A DNA stretch of 54,122 bases from Chromera velia (taxonomy: Eukaryota), in contig JAHBMJ010000192.1 of NCBI GenBank assembly GCA_018398765.1, positions 1-54,122 on the forward strand. Reading direction: 5' to 3'. Under the pieces are notes generated by a model. It did not search any database and had not been told where the DNA came from. It saw nothing but the letters and a program-made list of their open reading frames with translations. Each line of letters begins with the position of its first letter. Within the stretch, counting starts at the first letter, position 1. The translations under genes were made by a program, and so were the position numbers. This document shows positions 43,590 through 54,122 of this stretch, piece after piece.

Positions 43590-44462
43590 TACACTCATAA
43601 AAAACATGTCTATAAAAAGGTGCTTAGATAATAAGACTCATTACAAGAGAGGATTCAACTAGAGATTCAAAAAGAATCACGGCTAGAATCACTGTCTATA
43701 ACTATCTAATTCTATTTAGGTATCACAAATTAAAAATTTAATTCATTAAATTCAAAACTTTCAAAAACTATAAAAGTTAATATGTCATAGCCAAATAATT
43801 ATATCAAAGTGTTTTTTTAACTGTCTGAGAGTTGTTGTAACACACCATATATAAGGCTTTTACTTACTTTTACTAGCTTTTGGTGCCGAAAGTTACCCAT
43901 GTGGGCACTAAAATCTGTAGAAATCTGTCTAGCGCACTGATCAGAAGTTAACCACCGTTAACCATCGTCAGGGCCCAAGAGGGTAGTGTGTGCTGTCGGG
44001 GACTCGGAATCAGTTGTCCTTCCACAGATTTTGCCGATCATTTCGGAATTCTTTCTTTCGGCCACAGGTTTCGGAGCACTCGCAATATATTGTAAGTACC
44101 CCCCGCATCCTTAGCCCCGCTACGCTTGCAAATCCGGGGTCTCTCTCTCCATGCGCAAAACACACCGCTACCGCCATACGATCTTAAAGGCGTCTTTCAG
44201 TCCGAATGAGTCGATCTTCTAGCTATGTATACAACGTCTTACAGTCGTCCAAATTTTGAAGGCTGCTTCAGAAAAGATTCCTTTGAAGGTTCGCCGCCTC
44301 TGTTGATCTCGATTGCCTGTAACCATCTGGAACACCCCAAGACCATTTACTCAAAGTCCTGCGGCGTTATCACGTTTCCTTCTAACTGTTCCCGTGATTT
44401 GGCCTTTCGGAATTTAAATTGATTTGCCTCCCTAGTCTCGAAAAATCAAAAGTCCAGAAAGG

Positions 44463-46440
44463 ATGTCTTCCGAGCTGGCCGAGCTTTTTGTTGTCGATTC
44501 TGCGCTTGGATTGGATGAGAAATATCGAAAGAAAAGAAAGGCTGTCAATGGTCGACCCGCATGAGAGAATGACAGCTTCCGGCTTATTTGGGAACAGGCT
44601 GAATCCGCCTGGATGCTTCACCGTGAAACGAAAGACGCGCGTCCCTTCTTTCTTTCCAAGCCCGACTGTGAGCTTCCCACTGATGCGAAGCAGTGGTTCC
44701 AGGTTTCTGACGGTCGGTCAGAGCCTTCGGCCATCTCCGTCAGAAGTGCGCCGTGCGAGACGGCAGGGGTGGCAGAGGTTTTGGAAAGGCTGTTGAGACT
44801 GAAGGAAATAGGGAATTTGAGATTTCATGAGAAGGATTTTTTTCTCGCAGAGTGGCTATACTCTGTAGGGTTAGACATCGTTAAGCGACTACAGAGGAGT
44901 CTTCTCAGTCCTCAGAGGGAGGAGTCGCGGGCCCAAGTGCAGATTGACCTCTTCTGCAACCGGGCCGCGGCTCGATTTATGTTAGAGAAGTGGAAGGGTT
45001 GTTGCGATCATTGTACTGGTGTACTCAGCCATCACCCAACGCATGTCAAGGCTTTGTGGAGGCGTGCGAGGGCGTGTGAGAAGATGGGGCAGAATTTCGA
45101 GGCTGCCAAGGATGCCCGGTTGGCTCTTTGCCCGGTTGGCTCTTTGCCACTGGAATACCGACAGAGACGATCATGGGTTGCAGCGGGAGATGGAAGAGTT
45201 TTGGGAGCGGGTCAAGCACTCGACAGCTGTGCGTGCGGTGCGTGTTGTGAAGGAGTTGGCTTCTTCTTGGCTCCCTTCCGAGGAGAGTGGTGGTGGTAGT
45301 GAAAAAGAGAGCGGAGAGAGCGATGGAGATGGGAACACGGAGGGGGGCGGGAGGGCTTCTGAGGGAGCCTCAGCCAAGCTTCGAAATAGGCGAATGGTTG
45401 AAGAGATGGTCAAGATGACACTCGAGGGAAGGGATTTCATAACCTTCCCTCTGCCAGCAAATTTTCGGCTGGGGAAGGAAGGCCGTGAGCTGCTCCATTC
45501 GATTCAGGGCTTGAGCGCTGAGTCTCCGATCGGTCTGGTTGCCTCTCTGGCCGTGCAGTCGATACGCCTAGGGAATTCAGAGTTGGTTCGTCGGGCAGAC
45601 TTGAAGAAGCGTTGTCTGTGCCTGATTCCGAGACGCAGCGATTGTTACAGCTATGCTGAGACACTCTTTCAGGTCGGAGGGAAGTCACTAACTGTAGAGA
45701 CTGACTGCTTGACTGCCTGCTTCAGAAAGAATAAAGGAAATTAAGAAAAGAAGTGACTGACAAAGTGACTCACTAACTGTCTAACCGTTCCTGTGAGTGA
45801 CCAACACACTGACTCATCAGGCTGCCTGCCTCCCCCCCTGCCCATTTTTGTGTGCAACCCATTTTCCGCACAACGTCTGTCTATCTACGCTGTCTATACG
45901 TCTTCGGGGGAAAATGGGTACAAAACAGTTCAACTGAAAAAAAAACATGATAAATACTGTCTGTCGGTGTCTACCTGTCTGACTGCTTACGGAAGACTGC
46001 GTACTTGACAGAGTGACTCGCCAACTGTCTCTTTGCCGGTTCCTGACTGCGAGACCCACTGGCACTCTCCCCATCCTCCTTGAATGAACCTGCAGGAGAC
46101 CAACGACCTGAAAGAGGTTGCCACCCTGTTGATGTCAGACGACTGCGAGAGGGTGGTGTGTGCCCTCCACCTGATCATTGCAGGGGATCTCCTTTGTCCA
46201 AAGTTCCTTGGCCGCACTCTGCGGTGTCTGGCAGATGCCTCTGTAACATCAGAAGACGTTCTGACCGCCATCTGGAAAGTGCTCTCACCAGATAGCACTC
46301 TCCACAAACTGTGTGGATTACACATCTTAGACCAAATGCTGATGCTGCCGTTGAAGCAGTGGCAGTTTGTGAACGAGCGACTGCATGGGTTGCAGACCTT
46401 TATTGATCTGTTAAAGCCCAGCAGCTTCCCAAATTCATAA
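44463..46440 (+). pseudogene. TPR-repeat protein pseudogene
   Basis: ATG 44463 is in frame with the TPR ORF (LKEIGNLRF..., LFCNRAAARF..., HVKALWRRARA). In-frame TGA at 44562; 16-bp tandem duplication at 45113-45144 shifts the frame; probable last exon ~46096-46440. Confidence 0.78.
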
Positions 46441-46671
46441 CGCTATATATCATCTTTCCTATTTCATGTACTTTCGGAGGATTTCTTTTACCTGACAGCC
46501 TAGCTGATAGCCCAGATTCCCCCCAGAACGCTATAGGCAGAACCTATATGTACTTTAGTATGCGCTGTATTATGCTAAGTATTATACAGCTTCCGGGGCT
46601 GCTTCCTAAGCCTTCCCTTCTTCTCCACTATGTGATAATAATACGTCGTAATACGGTCGTATATCTACTAC

Positions 46672-46961
46672 TGTTATAGGTATTACTACAAACGAATAAC
46701 GAGGCTCATAAACTTAAGACAGAGAAATATGCTAGTTCAGTCTTGGTCTGTTCACTTTGTGCATTGAAGACTTACACAACAATCTGGCTGTGACGTCATC
46801 AAACCACACTACTACATGACAACATGTAGTTTTTCCAATTTTAGTGGCAGCTATTAAGCATAGGGCGGTCCCATGACTGAGCCTTGAGGCCAGGCCGCGC
46901 GCACTACGTGCTATCCACGAAAAGTGCGTCCGCGCCGCCACTATTTCATACAAGTACTATA
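46672..46961 (-). repeat. 3' LTR of Gypsy element
   Basis: Direct repeat of 52563-52849; adjacent PPT-like GGGGGCGGG on the minus strand. Confidence 0.93.
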
Positions 46962-47494
46962 AATGCCCGCCCCCAAGAGATGTGTGCCCACACACGTTCA
47001 TTAAAGTGGACACCTCTCTTTGAAGGCCTTGTTAAGTCGGTCATTCACCTTATCTTAATCAGTTAGTCTGACTCGATCTAGAGACCTCAAGAAAAGAGCG
47101 AAAAGAGACATACCATTCGATCAACCAATCGATCGTGAACACATCAATGGACATAATGTTCGATCGATTCATGTACAACGAAGGCATGATCATACACGAA
47201 GACACTGGTATGCTACACGCGCGTTTTCTTTACAGTCCGGACTTGAATGCACTTCTTTTCAATCTGCTCTGTCTTGCTCTTCTTATTTTTCTCCCCATCT
47301 CTCCATTTTCCCCTTATAGACTCATGCATGCGTTGTGCACCACACGCAGAGAATCAGACGGAGGGAAAAAAGAAAAAGGAAGAAGATTAAAAACATTCAG
47401 AGCAAAGGACGTCACACAATGTGTTGTCTGCTCAACACATACAAAGCGCTTTTCTCTTTCTTTCCTCCTTCTGCCCCTTTTCAAACACAGACTG

Positions 47495-50400
47495 TCACTT
47501 CCTTGCTTGCTTCTTCTTGAAGTCCTGGATAGCAGTTTGTGCCCTCTTAAGATTTACTGCCGGCTCCCAAGACGCGTTCTCCTCTGTATCTCCTCTCCAG
47601 TGCACTAAGTAGTAAATCTGTCGCCCCTCTCTTCTCTTGTCGATCACCTTTTCCACTTCATACTCCTTCTCCTCAAAACCTGGCAAACGCACAGATGGTG
47701 GGCTCCGCTCTCCCTCCTTGAACTCATATCGCTTCAGGAAGGAGACGTGCAGGACTAGATGCCTTCAAATTCCTTCAGGGAAGACGAGCTCATACGCCAC
47801 TTCTCCCACTCTATGCTCAATCTCGAACGGTCCGTAAAACACGGCCGCCAACTTTCTCTTCTTCCCCCCTGAAAGTTTTTCCTCCTGGAAAAATTTCCAG
47901 TACACAAGCACCCAATCTCCTTTCTTGAAGATTTCCTCTCTCCTCTTCAAATTTGCAAGTCGGGCTGCTCTCTCTCTGGCTTGATTCAGTCGGTCCTTCA
48001 CCTCTTGAAGGATCGCTGTCCTGTCCTTCCACGTGTCACTTGCCTGCTTCGATGCATAATGGGGATTCAGAAGAGCCGGAAAAGTTCGAGGCTGTCTGTG
48101 GCCACCCCCACAGGCTACCTGATAAGGAGCACGACCAAGCGAAGGGTGCATGCTCGTTCTGTAGGCAAACTGCATCTCCTTCAGATGTTCCACCCAGTCC
48201 TCCTGATGATCCATCACAAAACACCGAAGCATCTGCTCAATCGTTCTGTTGTCTCTCTCCGTTTAGCCATCTGTCTGTGGGTGTGCAGAGGTAGAAAAAA
48301 GAAGCTTCGTATCTGCGAGGAAGTGAAGTGTCTGCCAGAAAGCAGAAAGAAAACGCGAGTCTCGATCAGAGACGATTGACTTCGGAAGTCCGTACTCACA
48401 CACCACTTCATCGTAGAACAACTTCGCCGTCTTCACTGCACCCGCTTCTTTCCTGGTAGGCAAGAACCACACGTACTTGCTGAGTCGATAAACAACTGTC
48501 AGGATAGCATCCACTGTCATCCCTCTGAAGTCTATCGGAGGAAGAGCAGTGATCCAATCCATCGACAAGTCGTCAAACACATCGTCTGGAACCAAGAGAG
48601 GTTGCAGAAGACCAGCAAGCTTCTGATTTGAATGCTTGCTCCGCTCATAGGAATCGCATGACCTCACATACTTCTGAACAGAAGGCAGCATATGCGGCCA
48701 AAAGAACCTCTCAATCAGTCGAGCGTGTGTTTTGTCGACCCCCAAATGCCCACACAGTCGGCCGTCATGATGCTCACGAATCATCTTCCTCTGGAGTTCT
48801 TTTGTTGGAATCGCGAGACGCTCACCCCAGTACAGAAGTCCATCCAGCAAACTGAAGTGTGCAAGTCGCATGCGAAGGTGTGGTGCGGGAGGGCGGGAGG
48901 GTCTCGGATCCGACAAAAAAGGCAGGAGCTCCGAAAAGGAAGAATCCTGAGCATACGCTAACCTGATCTACGACAAAATTTCTTCATCTGGTCTCACTTC
49001 CATCATCGTTCTGACTGCTTCTTCTTCACTTTCTTCTTCTGTCTCAGACCTCACAGGTCGTCGAGAGAGAGCATCATCCACGACATTCTTCGCACCCGAA
49101 AGATAGCCAGGTGTGATACCAAGACCATCGAAAAAAAGAATCCATCTCCTCAATCGGTTAGGTGCACTCACTAACACTGTTTTTGAGTTGATTGTCTTCA
49201 GGCTCTCATGGTATGACCAAACCTTGATGGTGTGACTGATATAAGGGCGAAATGCCTTCACATCAAAGACCACCGCCAGAAGCTCCTTCTTTCGGATCAG
49301 ATAGTTGAGCTCAGCAGCTGTAAGCTTCCGAGAAGCAAGAGAGACGACGCGCAGTCCTGCTGCTCTCGGATCTTCCTGCATCAAAACAGCTGCCAAAGTT
49401 GTCCCAATGGCATCTGTCAACAACTCAAAGTGACGAAGATGATCAGGCACGTAAAGGGTAATCATGTTAGCCACCCTCTTTTTCAGCAGAACAAACGCTG
49501 TCTGCTGAGGATCCGTCCACTCAAACTGAATGTCTTTTTTTAGCAGAGTGGTGAAAAGAGCTGAAATCGCACTGTATCCAAAAATAAAGCATCGGAACTA
49601 ATTGTAGAACCCGAGAAAAAATCTCAACTCATGTTTGTCTTAAGGTACAGGCCACTTTTGTACTTTGTCTGTTTTCTCCTTCTCTGGCCTCACTCCGTTC
49701 TGCGAGATCTCATACCCAATGTATACCGTTTGCGGCATAAAAAATTCATACTTCACAATCTTTGTGTAGTACTTGTGCTTCCTCAACTGAGAGAGAACGT
49801 CAGTTAGGTCTCTCTCGTGTTCCTTCTCATTGCGTGAGTAGACCAAAATATTGTCGATCCAAGCAAAAGCGCACCTGTCAAGCAACGGACGAAGAATAAC
49901 CTGCACTGCCCGTTGGCTTGTTGACGGAGCGTTGCATATCCCGAAGCTCATCACAAGCCACTCGAAGTTTCCATACCGAATGGTGAAAGCAGTCTTCGGA
50001 ATGTCCGCCTCTCACACTCAAATCTGATGAAAGAATTGTCGAAGGTCGAATCGAGAGAAGATGCGTGCTCTGTGAATTCGATCAAGCAGCTCCTCTGCAA
50101 AGGGCAATGCATGTTTATCTTTGATTGATAATGTCAGAGAGTTCAGGGCTCTGTAGTCAATACATATTCGCAGAGTCCCGTCTCTTTTGGCAACAAAGAA
50201 AGCAGGAGCAGCATATGGAGAAACGGAGGGTCGAATGAATCCTTTCTTGAGATAGTCATCCAGCTGTCTCCTCATTTCATCTAACTCTCCATAACTTAGA
50301 CGATAGGGTAGGCGGGCGGGTGGAGCATGCCCCGGCTCAAGATCTATTGTGAATTCAACGGACCTTTTGGAAGGCAGCTCCAGAATTTCATTCGAGAAAA

Positions 50401-52418
50401 AATCCCTGAATTGCGAAAGTACCCGCCTTGCTACAGGGTGTAGAGATGGATCCTTCATCACCTTTTCATACGCCCTGTAGTTGTTCTCTTCAGCTGCGGT
50501 CTGAGAATTCATACCCTCTGGAACTGATTTGACAGGGGCCTGAAGAAAAGCTTCATTCGAGTCCCTGCATGCCATAAAGAGGGAATGATGATTCTCAAAC
50601 GCCCTTCCAATCAAACGCTCTTCTAACTCATCAAAATCTGTCTCCTGTTGCTCCTCAGGGAAAAGACACTGCTCTTCAGAGAAAATACACGGATCGGAGG
50701 GAAGGAGACGAGGCGCAAGCCTGAAGATGTGCACCATGGCACCTTCTCGAATTGCTTGTTCAGCTCCCTTGGCAGAAATAAGAGGAGGCACAAACCCACC
50801 ATATGGATCTTCCCCCCCAGTCCCCCAAAGTGTAAGCAACTGACCTCTGTAGGGGAAAGTCACACACTTCTCTTTCCAGTTAATGTGAGGGTGGTGGGCC
50901 TCCAACCACTTCATGCCAAGGAAGATATCATATTCGTTGTCAAGCTTAGCGAGGGTGAACTTCATCTCCTCCTTGTAACCCTGAATGCTCAGCTTGAGTG
51001 GAGCTGTGCACTCTGTCACCTGACAGAACGCTTCCTTTCCATCCACCTTCACTGCTCCTTTGCACCATCTCGGATGCTTTAGGGGCCTAACCGGGAAGCG
51101 TCGGGTATGGTAGAAGTCTGAAGAGATGAAGAATTCATGTGCTCCGCTGTCCAGTAAAACTCTTACCAACGTCCCCTCCAAGATCCCCTGAAACCGAATC
51201 ATTCTCGGCTGAGGCGCTTGAACTTCATCGACGGCCCTGACAGTAGTGACTGCATATGGCGCATCGAGATCCTCTCCTTCAACCACCTGCAGTGAGGGAT
51301 GATTTGGGGGAAAGGGCATATTATACACAAAAGCATTCTTGTAGCTGCCGTCATCAGAGTAAATGAAGGAAGCACGCTGTCTGCCTCCTCTGCTTCCTGA
51401 TGGTGGAGCAGAACGAGAACCCTGTGACTGCATCTGTGGTCGACCACCACCTGTATGACCCTGTGGCCACCACATCATACCCTGATTCCCCCCAAATCCC
51501 CGCTGCTGACCTGTATATGGGTATGCTCCTTGTATGGGTGGGCTCTGTGATGGACTCTAATTGGCCAAAAACGACTCACAGGGAGGGAATGAACCAGGAG
51601 AGCCCCTCCTCCCTCTGTTTACAGGATTCCTGAAACAGCGGTCGGCTCTGTGTTCAGTCTTCCTGCAAACAAAACATCTCTTTTCATCCAAAAGACGTCT
51701 CTTCTCTGCTGGAGAGATGTTGTATAGATGACAAACATCGGTCATCTCAACATCTCCTCCATTCCCTTCATCCTTGCCTTTCTCTTTGTGTGGGTTGGCC
51801 AGGGGTGGGACTCTCCCTTATGAATCACTCCATCTTCTTCCATTCCTTTAGCCAGACAGGCAGTTTCTATCGCTTCTTGCAGCGTCTTTGGCTTCGCTTT
51901 ACTAACCTCCTGCTGGATCTTTGCGGGCAAAGACTTCTTGTAGTGAAACAATAACTCCGCAGTCGTCGTCTCCGTCAGCTGTGCCGCAGCGTGCAGGAAA
52001 TCATCGGAGTAAGTCTCAATGTCTTTCGAAGGAGAAAACTTCACTGCATACAGTTCCTTCCTCAAAATTTCCTGCTCCTTCGGGTTTACAAACTTTTTCC
52101 TCAGTGCCGCAAACAAATCGTTGAGCGTGTTGACAACAATCCCCTGCTTCTCTTCCAAATCCTCAATGTAGTTCTGCTCGATGTCGTTGACTGCCTCTCC
52201 ACAGGCGTTCCAGTCAACCTGAAGTACCTCTTCACCTTGCAAATCCACGAGGTGAGGTGTTTGCGTTTGCCATCGAAGACGTTGGGCTTGTTCACGGTGA
52301 CGGCTCGAGGAAGAGGGACTCCAACTTCACCACCTGGCACAAGGCCCTCCGAAGGATGAGAGCAATCCTCCATTGGACCATCCTGTGCTGTAGAAGAAGG
52401 GGCACTCCTCTGCTTCAC
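47495..52418 (-). pseudogene. Disrupted gag-pol with C-terminal chromodomain (47495-47692)
   Basis: Chromodomain EYEVEKVIDKRREGRQIYYLVHWRG...SWEP; zinc knuckle CFVCRKTEHRADRC; RT catalytic motif reads WIDN; several stops and frameshifts. Confidence 0.92.
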
Positions 52419-52542
52419 AAACGCTGACAGGCTGTGTACTGCTCGAGTATGTCCAACCTTTGGAGTGGGTCAGACATGACTGTTGTTCCGACTGAACAAT
52501 ACGTTGATTTTGATATAAACTCTGTACGTGGCCATTGGTCTC

Positions 52543-52560
52543 AACCACGCTTCTGCTACC
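52543..52560 (-). other. Primer binding site resembling the complement of initiator tRNA-Met 3' end
   Basis: Minus strand GGTAGCAGAAGCGTGGTT begins 2 nt after the 5' LTR and resembles the complement of eukaryotic tRNAiMet ...CTCTGCTACCA. Confidence 0.7.
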
Positions 52561-52562
52561 CT

Positions 52563-52849
52563 TATTATAGGTATTACTACAAACGAATAACGAGGCTCAT
52601 AAACTTAAGACAGAGAAATATGCCAGTTCAGTCTTGGTCTGTTCACTTTGTGCATTGAAGACTCACACAACAATCTGGCTGTGACATCATCAAACCACAC
52701 TACTACATGACAACATATAGTTTTTCCAATTTTAGTGGCAGCTAAGCATAGGGCGGTCCCATGACTGAGCCTTGAGGCCGGGTCGCGCGCACTACGTGCT
52801 ATCTATGAAAAGTGCGTCCGCGCCGCCACTATTTCATACAAGTGCTACA
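52563..52849 (-). repeat. 5' LTR of Gypsy element
   Basis: Matches the 3' LTR with 11 substitutions and a 3-bp indel. Confidence 0.93.
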
Positions 52850-52899
52850 ACTACTTTTTTTTGTATAGAACGGCGACAGTGTTCTACCTAGGGCACCAA

Positions 52900-54122
52900 T
52901 TAAATCACTGAACTGCCAAAAGAAGAGAAAGAAGAGAGAAAGAGGGAACAAGAAGGAAAAATAACAGTGAGTAGAGCGATTAAGGAGAAAGGATGGCACA
53001 TAGCAGAGGAGAAGGAGGTAAAAAAGGCAATGAAAAGAGCAGGCAACCCCAAAAAGGCCGCTAGGAAGGACGGAATGCCCCCAAGAATGCTGAGAACGAT
53101 GAAAAAATCGACTAAGCTGGTATCTTTGTATGTTTTGTTAATTAATGTTGCATATCGTTTCGGCTGGTGGCCGAAAGGATGGAACGACTTGCCGGTAACA
53201 GCTCTTCTAAAACCGGGAAAGTCACTTGCACTGCTTGGGGGATGGAGGGGAGTGCACCTGGTGGTAGCAGATGCAAAATGGGGGGATATGATCATAAGAA
53301 CGAAGGTGGAAAAGGAAGCCAGACAGACGCCATAGCAGTTCGCATACAAGAAAAAGGCAGGCACATGCGATGCAATTTTTCTTTTGCTGTTCGTTATTGT
53401 TCGAATGGAAGTGCTCAGTGTTGCTTTTGTTGACTTCACACCGGCTTTCGACGAAGTGAGGTTGCATGGAAAAGTTAAAAGAGAAATTGAGAAAGGCAGG
53501 GGTGGAGGAATTAAGGTCTGATCAGATGGGTTGAGGCCTCTCTGGAAAAAGTGAGGGCATGGGTAAAGGGAACGAGCATGTGGTACCCAGAAGACAAAGG
53601 ACTTAAGCAAGGAGGCCTGAACAGCCCTTCCCTTTACTCTGTGTACACACATGACTTGCCAGAGGAAGTAAGAAAGAGGAGAGGACAGAGACGACAGACC
53701 GACAGACAGAGGCCAAAGGTGCCGGCAGGAGAAAACGGGAGGTGGGTCAATTTCCTTGCCCCTCTGTTTGCAGATGACACAACACTCCTCGAATCCTCAG
53801 ATAGACAGTTGAACCTTCTTTTTTCGAACCTTATCTAGAACCTTGTAGCCTTTGCAGAACCTGTCCGTCTTCTATTTTCTGATAAGTTGAGATTGGTCCG
53901 GTTTGGCCGCATCGCATCAAGAGAGAAAGAAGAAGTTAGACTGGGGGAGATAGTGATGAAAGAAGCAAGAGAGCAACCCTACCTGGGACTAGTCCTATCC
54001 GCCGACTGCAACCCAGAAACCATGATGAAAGCACGGTCAATCAAAGCAGAGAGATGCATGCAGGGACTGATGGGGAAGATAGGAAGGGAGGGAGGGATTC
54101 CACCCGCTGATTGCTTCAATAT
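52900..54122 (+). mobile_element. Decayed non-LTR (LINE) retrotransposon RT, runs off the window end
   Basis: Motifs KAARKDG (KAPGPDG-like), LLKPGK...WRGVHL, QFAYKK, FVDFTPAFD, GLKQGGLNSPSLY, LFADD, PYLG, broken by stops and frameshifts. The 5' boundary is uncertain. Confidence 0.88.

Larger units (their letters stand above)
46672..52849 (-). mobile_element. Full-length decayed Ty3/Gypsy chromovirus-type LTR retrotransposon with 5-bp TSD ACTAC
   Basis: LTRs at 46672-46961 and 52563-52849; TSD at 46667-46671 and 52850-52854. Order: gag-CCHC, PR (LLDSGA), RT, RNase H, IN (HHCC, SDRD, HPQTDG, GPF), chromodomain. Confidence 0.96.

Overview
Eukaryotic nuclear DNA with GT-AG introns, microsatellite-rich introns and frequent TGCATGCA motifs. 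The style suggests an alveolate, most like a chromerid; this is inference only. Host genes: (i) a ~14.5 kb multi-exon minus-strand gene for a predicted type II membrane protein with 4 TSP1 repeats, a 7-repeat RCC1 propeller and two inserted beta/gamma-crystallin-like modules; (ii) a divergent 2-exon coiled-coil protein gene; (iii) an 8-exon RNI-like LRR gene with a 1-nt frameshift; (iv) a TPR pseudogene. Mobile DNA: a Copia-order retrotransposon ending in a fold-back TG...CA unit (1-4675), a non-autonomous hAT-like element carrying a captured gene fragment (25732-28963), a full-length decayed Copia element with TSD (37569-43589), a full-length decayed chromodomain Ty3/Gypsy element with TSD (46672-52849), and a LINE RT fragment. 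The most striking signals are three. Every substitution I counted between paired repeats is a transition, and in one LTR pair all run one way, suggesting RIP-like or methylation-driven mutation. One putative LTR is palindromic. One Copia-order element has a Gypsy-like integrase. All alignments and counts were done by eye and need computational confirmation.
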